From Opitutaceae bacterium (GTDB lineage Bacteria > Verrucomicrobiota > Verrucomicrobiia > Opitutales > Opitutaceae): a DNA stretch of 61,233 bases. The stretch lies in NCBI GenBank assembly GCA_031411015.1, contig JANOAF010000636.1:1-61233 (forward strand), written 5' to 3'. The position numbers and the translations under genes are program-made. Positions 28,521 to 36,879 of this stretch are shown one piece after another. Under the pieces are notes generated by a model, which saw only the letters and a program-made list of their open reading frames with translations, was not told the DNA's origin and did not search any database. Within the stretch, counting starts at the first letter, position 1, and every line of letters begins with the position of its first letter.

Positions 28521-29246
28521 ATGATTCCCGTTCGTCTACTCTGCTGCGCCCTGTTGCTGTCGACCGCGGCGTTAGCTGCTTCTCCCCGCACCAGTGACCT
28601 GCTCGCCCGCGATGATTTCGACCGGGATCTCTCGCAATGGGTGGTTGAGCAAACCCCTGGCGGCACCACCCGGCTGAAGGACGGCCAGCTCGAAATCGAC
28701 GACGGGGCCGGCCCCAACGACAAGGGCGGCTGCACGGTGTGGTTTAAACAGAAATTCTCCGGCGCAATCATGATCGAATACGAGGCGACCATGATTCAGC
28801 AGGGCGGCCCAAACGACCGCCTCAGCGATCTGAATTGTTTCTGGATGGCGATCGATCCGAAGCATCCCGACGACATCTTCGCCGAAAGTGCGAAGCGCGC
28901 AGGCAGTTTCGCTAAATACGATCCGCTGCGGCTCTACTACGTGGGCTACGGCGCCAACGGAAACGTCACGACGCGTTTCCGCCGTTATCCCGGCGACGGC
29001 TCCCGACCGCTCGACCCTGGCAAAGGTGAACTCCTGGACGCGAAATACATGAACGTGCCCAATCGCCCCGTGAAAATCCAACTCATCGCAGACGGCGAGC
29101 GCGTGCAATTTCTGCGGGACGGGGAAATCCTTTTTGATTTCACCGACAAGGCGCCATTCCGCGAGGGCTGGTTTGGTTTCCGGACCGTGCGCAGTCACCT
29201 GAAGCTCGATAATTTTCGTGTCTACCGCCTGCGCACCTCGCCCTGA
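28521..29246 (+). CDS. DUF6250/YesU-like concanavalin-fold secreted protein
   Basis: SDLNCFWMA.DP, YYVGYGAN.N.TTRFRRY and GWFGFR motifs. Confidence 0.8.
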   Translation: MIPVRLLCCALLLSTAALAASPRTSDLLARDDFDRDLSQWVVEQTPGGTTRLKDGQLEIDDGAGPNDKGGCTVWFKQKFSGAIMIEYEATMIQQGGPNDRLSDLNCFWMAIDPKHPDDIFAESAKRAGSFAKYDPLRLYYVGYGANGNVTTRFRRYPGDGSRPLDPGKGELLDAKYMNVPNRPVKIQLIADGERVQFLRDGEILFDFTDKAPFREGWFGFRTVRSHLKLDNFRVYRLRTSP

Positions 29247-29265
29247 GGCCCGCCCGACCCACCCA

Positions 29266-30789
29266 ATGAAGGCCGCATCGGTCACTTTGCTCAGCGGAAT
29301 TCTCCTCGCCGGCCTGTTTTCCGTTTCGCCACTGGCGGGACGAGAAATTACGGCGCGCACCCCGGCCGAACTCACGGGCGCGCTGAAGGCCGCCGGGGCC
29401 GGCGACGTCGTCACGTTGGGCAAGGGCACGTGGACCGATTTGCACCTGGCCATCGCACGCGGAGGCAAGGCGGAAAATCCCTTGGTGCTCCGCGCCGAGG
29501 TTCCCGGCGAAACGATTTTGAACGGCACCTCCACGCTCGCGATCAACGCCCCCTACGTGACCGTGGACGGGCTTTTTTTCTACCAAGGAGCGCTCAGCCG
29601 CGACTCGGTGATCGGGTTCAATTCGCATCACGGGATCGTGCGCAACACCGCAGTCGTCGATTACAATCCCGCCGCGTTCGAGACCAAATATTACTGGGTG
29701 TTTTTCAGTGGTGACCATAACCTCGTCGAACGTTGCTACTTCAAGGGGAAAAATAATCTGGAGCCGCTCATCGGCAACGCGATCGACGACAGCCGCCACA
29801 ACCGCGTCGTGCGGTCCTCTTTCAAGAACATCCCCTATGCCGACGGCAATGGCCGCGAAATCCTCCGGGTGTGGGGCTCGGGCAAATTCGACGCCGGCGA
29901 CAAAGACGGCGCGTTCTTCACGATTGAGGAAAATCTTTTCGACGCCGCGCACGGCGAGGGCACGGAAATCATCTCCCTCAAGTCCAACTACAATCAGGTG
30001 CTCAACAACACCGTGGTCGCCACCCGCGGTGGCCTCAACATCCGGCAGGGCTCCCACAATCTCGTGAAGGGAAACGTCATTCTCGGCCGCGGCGTCGAGG
30101 GCGCCCAGGGCCTCCGCATGTCGGGCCTCCACAACACCGTTCAGGGAAACTACGTCTCCGGCTGCGAGTTCGGCCTCCGCGTCTCCACCGGCGAATATAT
30201 CGCCAGCGCCCTCACCCCGAGCTACGAGCCGAAGATTAAGCCCGGCGCCAAGGGCCGCGCCAACGCGGAGGGCCGCATCGCCACCTATCCGCAGGTGAAG
30301 GATCTCACGTTGGCCGACAACGTCACGGTCAACATCACCGGCGCCGACTTGGAGATGGGTTTTGCCTTCAAGCGCCATTGGCCCGAGGCGCAGATGGTGT
30401 TGCTCCCGGAAAGCTGCCTGATCACGGGGAACCGTTTCGTCCGCCCGCGCGGCGGCGAATCGGTGATTGGCTTTGTCGCTGAATCCGATCCGTTGCTCGC
30501 GAGATTTCAGTTCACGCCCAATCGCTACCAGGCCAACCGCCTCGTCGGCGGTCGCACGGCATACGCGCCGGCGGCTTCGGGTTGCCAAGCCGAAACGCTT
30601 CCCTTGGGTTGGACGGAAATCGCAGAGCAATCCGGTTTCAAGGTGCTCACCGCCGACGACGTCGGCCCGGCTTGGGTGCAGGCGTTTCGCAAGGCCGAAA
30701 AATTCCCGATGGAAAACGATATGTCCTGTGAGCGCCCACCCACCGCGGCGATCCCGGCGCAGGTAAAAAGCAAGAAGCCCAAGAAATAG
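29266..30789 (+). CDS. Polysaccharide lyase family 6 (chondroitinase B/alginate lyase beta-helix)
   Basis: AGDVVTL..GTW, LRAEVPG, NGREILR, EIISLKS (catalytic Lys) and NIRQG (catalytic Arg). Confidence 0.88.
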   Translation: MKAASVTLLSGILLAGLFSVSPLAGREITARTPAELTGALKAAGAGDVVTLGKGTWTDLHLAIARGGKAENPLVLRAEVPGETILNGTSTLAINAPYVTVDGLFFYQGALSRDSVIGFNSHHGIVRNTAVVDYNPAAFETKYYWVFFSGDHNLVERCYFKGKNNLEPLIGNAIDDSRHNRVVRSSFKNIPYADGNGREILRVWGSGKFDAGDKDGAFFTIEENLFDAAHGEGTEIISLKSNYNQVLNNTVVATRGGLNIRQGSHNLVKGNVILGRGVEGAQGLRMSGLHNTVQGNYVSGCEFGLRVSTGEYIASALTPSYEPKIKPGAKGRANAEGRIATYPQVKDLTLADNVTVNITGADLEMGFAFKRHWPEAQMVLLPESCLITGNRFVRPRGGESVIGFVAESDPLLARFQFTPNRYQANRLVGGRTAYAPAASGCQAETLPLGWTEIAEQSGFKVLTADDVGPAWVQAFRKAEKFPMENDMSCERPPTAAIPAQVKSKKPKK

Positions 30790-30816
30790 TCGGAATCCGA
30801 CCTTCACCCCAAACTC

Positions 30817-32250
30817 ATGAACTCACGCCTCCTCCTTGTCGGTGCGCTTTGCCTCGCGCTTGGGTCCCGCTTGTTGGGCGCAGCTCCCGCGCCGGTCAAC
30901 GTCCTCTTCATCGTCGTCGACGATCTCAATCCCTCGCTCGGCTGCTACGGCAACCCCATCGTCAAATCGCCGAACATCGACCGGCTCGCTGCGCGCGGCG
31001 TGCGCTTTGATCGCGCGTATTGCCAGTATCCGCTGTGCAATCCGAGCCGCGCGTCGTTTCTCAGCGGACGTCGGCCCGAGACCACCGGCATCTATGTGCT
31101 GACGACGTCCGCTCGCACCGCGTTGCCGAACGCGGTTCTGCTCCCGCAGTTTTTCCGCGACCGCGGCTACTTCACCGCCGGCGCCGGAAAAATTTTTCAC
31201 AGCGTTAAGATGAGCGACGCCCAATCGTGGGACGCCTACGAGGACGGCGCCGGCAACGATCCCGGAGAGAAGGCCGCGATTGAATCCCGCTACGGTGGCG
31301 GCGATGGGCGGCCCGCGTGGCAAGCACTGGAAGGCGATGGCTCCCAGATGCGCGACGGCGTGAACGCCACCACCATCGCCCGCCTCATCGCCGAAAAATC
31401 CGCTGCGAAAAAACCCTTCTTCCTCGCCGCCGGTTTCCACAAGCCGCACCTGCCGTGGACCGCGCCAAAGCGCTTCTTCGATCTTTACGACGAGAAAACC
31501 GTCACAGCCGCCGCCGAGCCCGCGATGCGCGACATCCCGCCCATCGCGATGCAAACCGAACTCTCCGGCTTTGAGCAACCGGCGTCACGCGCCGCCGCCA
31601 TCCGCGGCTACTACGCGTGCATCTCTTACACGGATTCGCGCATCGGCCTGCTCCTCGACGAGCTCGACCGCCTCGACCTCTGGAAAACAACCGTCGTCGT
31701 CCTGCTCGGTGACAACGGATTTCACCTCGGCGATCACGGCGGACTCTGGGCCAAGCTCAGCGCCTTCGATCAGTCGACGCGCGTGCCACTCATCTTCGCC
31801 GGTGCTGGCGTGCCCGCCGGACGCGTCGCGGCCGCGCCGTCCGAGTTGCTTGATCTCTATCCGACCCTCCTCGAACTCACCGGCCACACCATCCCCGCCG
31901 AACTTGAAGGCCGCTCCTTGGTGCCCCTCCTGCACGGCACGACTGAAAAGGCCCCGCGCCTCGCGCACAGCATGGTGTCCCATTACGACGCCGCCGCACG
32001 CCGCGATGTGATGAGTCGCACCGTGATCGCCGCGCAATGGCGCTTCACCGCTTGGGACGGCGGGACCGCCGGCCGGGAACTCTACTGGCGCCCCGACGAT
32101 CCCGCCGAATATCGCAACCGCGCCGCCGACCCCGCGCTCGCTCCCACGCTGCGCGAGGGCGAGGCCGCACTGAAAAATTTTCCCGCACCCAAACCCGGCC
32201 CAGCCAACCGCCCCCGCGCCCTTGTCCCCGCCGACCAACGCACCAAATAA
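30817..32250 (+). CDS. Sulfatase, iduronate-2-sulfatase-like
   Basis: VDDL, YCQYPLCNPSRAS, GKIFH, GFHKPHLP and DNGFHLGDHG motifs. Confidence 0.92.
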   Translation: MNSRLLLVGALCLALGSRLLGAAPAPVNVLFIVVDDLNPSLGCYGNPIVKSPNIDRLAARGVRFDRAYCQYPLCNPSRASFLSGRRPETTGIYVLTTSARTALPNAVLLPQFFRDRGYFTAGAGKIFHSVKMSDAQSWDAYEDGAGNDPGEKAAIESRYGGGDGRPAWQALEGDGSQMRDGVNATTIARLIAEKSAAKKPFFLAAGFHKPHLPWTAPKRFFDLYDEKTVTAAAEPAMRDIPPIAMQTELSGFEQPASRAAAIRGYYACISYTDSRIGLLLDELDRLDLWKTTVVVLLGDNGFHLGDHGGLWAKLSAFDQSTRVPLIFAGAGVPAGRVAAAPSELLDLYPTLLELTGHTIPAELEGRSLVPLLHGTTEKAPRLAHSMVSHYDAAARRDVMSRTVIAAQWRFTAWDGGTAGRELYWRPDDPAEYRNRAADPALAPTLREGEAALKNFPAPKPGPANRPRALVPADQRTK

Positions 32251-32265
32251 AATCTCATTTTCACT

Positions 32266-33786
32266 ATGAAACTCACCCGCCTCGTTCTTCTGCTCGTCGC
32301 CACCGGCGCCGTGCTCACCGCCGCCGAGCGCCCAAACATCCTCTTCGTCGCCGTCGATGACCTCCGCCCTGAGTTTGGGGCCTACGGCGCGAGCTACGTC
32401 CACTCGCCCAACCTCGACCGCATCGCGAAGGCCGGAATCACCTTCAACCGCTCCTATTGCCAGCAGGCCGTCTGTTCTCCGACTCGTTCCAGCCTGATGA
32501 CGGGCACACGCCCCGACACCACTAAGGTCTGGGATCTCGTCACGCACTTCCGCGATGCGCTGCCGAACGTCGTGACACTCGGCCAGCATTTCAAAAACAA
32601 CGGTTATTTCGTTCAGGGCATGGGCAAGATTTACCACGGCAACTTCGACGACGCGCCGACTTGGTCTGTGCCGTGGCAGCGGCCCAATGCGCCGGGTTAC
32701 GCCTTGAAGGAAAACCTCGTCGGCGAAACGCCCGCGCTCAACGCCGAGCCTGATACTGCACCCGCCGCGAAGAAACGCGGCAAGAAGCAGGCGGACGGAA
32801 AAGTAAAAGCACCCACGCCGCGCAATTCCCGCGGGCCCGCATTTGAGGGCGCCGATGTGCCCGACGATACCTTTGTCGACGGCAAGGTCGCCTCGCTCGC
32901 CGTCTCCACGCTCCGCGATCTCAGCAAGAAAAAGGAGCCGTTCTTCCTGGCCGTCGGTTTCGCCCGCCCGCACCTGCCCTTCGTCGCGCCGAAGAAATAT
33001 TGGGACCTCTACGACCCCGCGAAGATCACGCTCGCCCCGAATTCCTTCCGCCCGAAAGACGCGCCCGACTACGCCATCGTCCCGGGCGGCGAACTCCGCG
33101 CCTATCGCGACATCCCCGAGGGTCATGTCCCCGACGATCTCGCGCGTCAGCTCAAGCACGGCTACTACGCCGCGATCAGCTACATGGACGCGCAACTCGG
33201 CCGCGTGCTCGACGAACTAGACCGCCTCGATCTCCGCAAGAACACCATCGTGGTCCTCTGGGGCGATCACGGCTGGAAACTCGGCGAGCATGATGCGTGG
33301 TGCAAACACACCAACTCCGAGAACGACACCAACACCGCACTCCTCCTCTCCGTCCCTGGCATGAAAAACGCCGGCGCGAAGACTAACAGTATCGTCGAGT
33401 TCGTCGACATCTACCCGACCCTCGCCGATCTCGCCGGCCTCGCGCTGCCCGCGCACCTCGAGGGTCTGAGTTTCAAACCTCTTCTCGAAAATCCCGCGCG
33501 CGCGTGGAAGCAGGCCGCGTTCAGCCAATATCCCCGCCCCGCCGGAAAGTCCGGCACCGGTCAGCTCATGGGCTACGCGATGCGCACCGAGCGCTACCGC
33601 TTCGTCGTCTGGGTCGGTCGCAGCGACCACTCAAAAATCGACGCCACCGAACTCTACGATCACGCGACCGATCCCCAAGAAAACCAAAATATCGCCCAGC
33701 GCCCCGAAAACGCCGCGCTCGTCGCCCAACTTATGACGCAGTGGAAAGCCGGGTGGAAAGGCGCCATGCCGATTGTTTCGCGCTGA
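32266..33786 (+). CDS. Sulfatase, iduronate-2-sulfatase-like
   Basis: VDDLRP, CQQAVCSPTRSS, GKIYH, RPHLPF and DHGWKLGEH..WCK motifs. Confidence 0.94.
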   Translation: MKLTRLVLLLVATGAVLTAAERPNILFVAVDDLRPEFGAYGASYVHSPNLDRIAKAGITFNRSYCQQAVCSPTRSSLMTGTRPDTTKVWDLVTHFRDALPNVVTLGQHFKNNGYFVQGMGKIYHGNFDDAPTWSVPWQRPNAPGYALKENLVGETPALNAEPDTAPAAKKRGKKQADGKVKAPTPRNSRGPAFEGADVPDDTFVDGKVASLAVSTLRDLSKKKEPFFLAVGFARPHLPFVAPKKYWDLYDPAKITLAPNSFRPKDAPDYAIVPGGELRAYRDIPEGHVPDDLARQLKHGYYAAISYMDAQLGRVLDELDRLDLRKNTIVVLWGDHGWKLGEHDAWCKHTNSENDTNTALLLSVPGMKNAGAKTNSIVEFVDIYPTLADLAGLALPAHLEGLSFKPLLENPARAWKQAAFSQYPRPAGKSGTGQLMGYAMRTERYRFVVWVGRSDHSKIDATELYDHATDPQENQNIAQRPENAALVAQLMTQWKAGWKGAMPIVSR

Positions 33787-33880
33787 GTTTGGTTTTCCTT
33801 CTTGGCCGGCCCGGCCAATCTCCGGCGCGCTGAAACGCCGCGGCAGTCGCGATCAACTCGCGCGCCGGCGCCGGCCGAGA

Positions 33881-34660
33881 TCACGGAGTCAGTTTAAAAA
33901 ATGCCGCCGCGTTGCGCCAGGCGATCTGCTCGCGCGCGCCAGCTGGGAGCATGGCGAGATTCTCGAGCTTCACGAGCGCCGGTCCGACGTAGTCGAACGG
34001 CGCGTGCGAGCCGAAGGCGATCGCCTCCACTCCGAGCATTTCGATCAGTTTCGGCACTTCCCGGCGAACGAGCACGGCGAGGCGGGCAAAATCGATCAGG
34101 CAGCGCCCCATCAATCCCGCCGCCGCGAGCTTCGAACCATCGAGACCAACCCAGTTGATCAAAGCGAATTTCAACTGCGAATGGGCCCGCGCCGCCTCGA
34201 GCACGGAATCCAGACTTAAGTCCTCCGCCCGGTCCCAAGCGTGGCGTTGCCGGCGATCCTCGAATCGTTGCGTCAGCACCACCGGCAACCCGGCGCGCGC
34301 AATCCGAGCGAGCGCCGCCTGACCGGCCACGTCGCTGAGCGCGTAGCCGTGATGCTCCGGCAATAGCGTCACAGCTTTCACTTTCCAGCGAGCGACCGCT
34401 TCGTCCATATCGCGCTCCCATCCGGCGTATTTTGGATTTACTGTCGCAATCGGAATCAGCCGCGCGCGATGAGGTAGAATTTCATCCATCAGCTCCTCGT
34501 TGCCCAACTGCGTATCGCGATAGAGGACCGCCGGGAGCGACGACACGAGCGCTCGCTGAATCCCCCAGCGATCCATCTGCGCGACCATGCCGGCCGCGGT
34601 GCGATTCGGCAGCGACCGAAATGGGTAGGAGCCGACGTAGGCGTTTACATCGATAATCAT
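33881..34660 (-). CDS. Amidohydrolase_2-fold protein lacking the HxH motif (type B)
   Basis: IDVNAYVGSYPFR, EDRRQRH and FGSHAPF; no signal peptide. Confidence 0.85.
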   Translation of the reverse strand: MIIDVNAYVGSYPFRSLPNRTAAGMVAQMDRWGIQRALVSSLPAVLYRDTQLGNEELMDEILPHRARLIPIATVNPKYAGWERDMDEAVARWKVKAVTLLPEHHGYALSDVAGQAALARIARAGLPVVLTQRFEDRRQRHAWDRAEDLSLDSVLEAARAHSQLKFALINWVGLDGSKLAAAGLMGRCLIDFARLAVLVRREVPKLIEMLGVEAIAFGSHAPFDYVGPALVKLENLAMLPAGAREQIAWRNAAAFFKLTP

Positions 34661-35580
34661 GCGCGCCTTCGATCGAGCAGACGCTGCATGTTACGCCAGA
34701 AAACGTCCTCGCGTTGCGCGGTGGTCAATTCAGCGGAGAGCACCTTCCCCACTCCGCCCTCCATGACGAGATCGGTCGCAAACAGGATTCTCCGGTGTCC
34801 GATCTCCCGCACACAGCGGCCAATCGTGTCGGCCTCCAACACGCTGCCGCTGGTGTCGACGTGGACGTTCGGGCACTCGCGCAGGGCACGAATCGTCCAC
34901 TCCCAATCCCCACCGCCGTTGATATGACCGAGAATGAGCGCCAGCTCGGGATAACGCCGCGACAGCTCGGCAAAGTCCGCCGCGTCTGAAATGCGCGGCT
35001 GCGCCTGCTGTGTGCGCGGATCAGTGAGATGCCCCGAGTGGCCGAGGAAAATAATTTTGCGCTGAATGCAACGCTCCGCGATCGGAAACACCACCGGGTC
35101 GGTAAACTTGAATTGATTGTAGAGCTTCACCCCGATCATGCCGGCATCGAGGCACCGTTCGATTTCATCCAACGCCGCCGCGCCATTTCCCGGCTGCACG
35201 AAACAATAGCCCGCGATCCGCTTGGGGTAGCGGGCCATCGCAGCCAGCACCGAGTCGTTCGCCTCCCGGACCGTCCCAATATCGACCCGTGCGCCCGCCG
35301 TGATCGGTCGCGAGCAGCACAATTTTTCAATGCCGAGGACTTCGGCCGCCTCCACGGTCGCTTCCACCTCGCTCCAATCGGCATTGGGCCGATGCACCGC
35401 TCCGAACACATGATTGTGTGCGTCGATTTTCCGGAGCTGCCGCCAATTGCGGGGCAACCCTGCGCCCGCGTTGGCAGGCGGAGGTTGTTCCGCTGCGCCC
35501 ACGCGCGCGGCTGAGGCGAGACTGACCGTCACGGCCGCAGTGCTCGTCAAGCGAATGAACTCTCGGCGATTTGCTTTCAC
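34657..35580 (-). CDS. Amidohydrolase_2 metallohydrolase with Tat signal (type A)
   Basis: RREFI twin-arginine, IDAHNH, GVKL, ILGH.NGGGDW and LFATD motifs. Confidence 0.88.
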   Translation of the reverse strand: MKANRREFIRLTSTAAVTVSLASAARVGAAEQPPPANAGAGLPRNWRQLRKIDAHNHVFGAVHRPNADWSEVEATVEAAEVLGIEKLCCSRPITAGARVDIGTVREANDSVLAAMARYPKRIAGYCFVQPGNGAAALDEIERCLDAGMIGVKLYNQFKFTDPVVFPIAERCIQRKIIFLGHSGHLTDPRTQQAQPRISDAADFAELSRRYPELALILGHINGGGDWEWTIRALRECPNVHVDTSGSVLEADTIGRCVREIGHRRILFATDLVMEGGVGKVLSAELTTAQREDVFWRNMQRLLDRRRA

Positions 35581-35705
35581 GGACGGCCGCTAGGGCCAAA
35601 AATAATCAAGGGCACGGGGAAGGAAAAACGTCAGTTGAAATCTCGGCTCGGTGCAATGGTGCGACTTGCTCCCTGAGGAACGATGTAGGTTTACGCGCCG
35701 ACTCG

Positions 35706-36869
35706 TCACTTCACCGGCACCGCGATCATTTCGATCTCCGCGGCGCGTCCGGGGTGCGCGAATGCCGCCATTTGCAACGCCGACGCCGCCGGGGGACGCG
35801 TCGGATCGAAATACACGCCGCGGATATCGCCGAGCAGGGCGCGCGCTGGCGCACCTCCGAGATAATAGGTGGCCTTGGCGAGGTGCCGGTAGCTGCTACC
35901 GCTTTCGAAAAGCACTGAGCCGAGCCGCTCGAAAATAGTCTTCATCTGCGCGCGGTCATCGCCCGGCGCCCCATCGATCGCGCGGATGAAAATCAACGGC
36001 ACGCCCGCGGGCACGTGCGCGACATTGCAATAGCGCGGCGACGCCGAGAGCCAGGGTAGCCACGAGTGCGCCACCGTCTCACCAGGCTTGGCGGCGAGCC
36101 CAGGCGCGGCAGCAATGAGTTCGATCTCGGCGAACAGTTCGCTCTGCCACTCGGTGAGGACGAGCGGAGGATGCGCGGCACCGTCGAAACTCGCCGCCAC
36201 CTCCCGCCGCGCCGTCTCGTGTTCGGAGAATGGCCGGATAAATGCCTTCACCTGCACTACGTCGGATTTTTTCAAACCCACGTGCGCCAAGCTGCGGTGC
36301 AGACCCGCCATCGTCAGCCGGACGGCTGACGCCAAGTCCGTTCCCTTCTCTGCCTGACCGGAGATAAATATTTTTCCGCCGGCAGGAAGAATCGCGGTGC
36401 GGTCATTCAGGTTTGCGGAGGTCACCGACGATTTGGGCAAAGCCGCGATGGCTTCCAAGGCCAGCTTCGCCCCGGGGACCGTGAGTGGCGTGCGCACGAA
36501 CGAAATCGCAATGGGTGTCCGGGCGAAATGTTCCGCGACCCAGACGTCGACCAAAGGGGCGGTTGCCGCGTCGGGCACGTAGGCGGTCAGCCGAACGATT
36601 CCGGCGCAATCCGTCCCGGCGTTGACGAGCAGATCGCGGAGGGCTTCAAACGCGCTCGCCGTCTGGGCGCGCGCATCTCCGTCGATCCGAATCGGTGGAA
36701 TCTGCCCGGTGAACAGCAGCGCGCCGTCCGGAACCGTCACGGAATCGGCCACGCCGCGCCGATCCCGCGAAGCGCTGCGCCGGATCTCCGTCGGTGCAGA
36801 TGGCTGGACCGCCGGGGCGGCGCTGAGCGGGAGCACGATGGCGAGAAAAATGAGGAAGGCAGTCTTCAC
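35706..36869 (-). CDS. Exported protein with three tandem RidA/YjgF-like domains
   Basis: Signal peptide; three units ending LEAIA, EIELIA and EIEMIAV; LFTGQ and FISGQ strands. Confidence 0.82.
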   Translation of the reverse strand: MKTAFLIFLAIVLPLSAAPAVQPSAPTEIRRSASRDRRGVADSVTVPDGALLFTGQIPPIRIDGDARAQTASAFEALRDLLVNAGTDCAGIVRLTAYVPDAATAPLVDVWVAEHFARTPIAISFVRTPLTVPGAKLALEAIAALPKSSVTSANLNDRTAILPAGGKIFISGQAEKGTDLASAVRLTMAGLHRSLAHVGLKKSDVVQVKAFIRPFSEHETARREVAASFDGAAHPPLVLTEWQSELFAEIELIAAAPGLAAKPGETVAHSWLPWLSASPRYCNVAHVPAGVPLIFIRAIDGAPGDDRAQMKTIFERLGSVLFESGSSYRHLAKATYYLGGAPARALLGDIRGVYFDPTRPPAASALQMAAFAHPGRAAEIEMIAVPVK

Positions 36870-36879
36870 GCCGTCAGAC

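Noticed and set aside
33787-33880. Hairpin TTGGCCGG-C-CCGGCCAA between convergent genes as a terminator
   Set aside because: No U-tract follows the stem on either strand.
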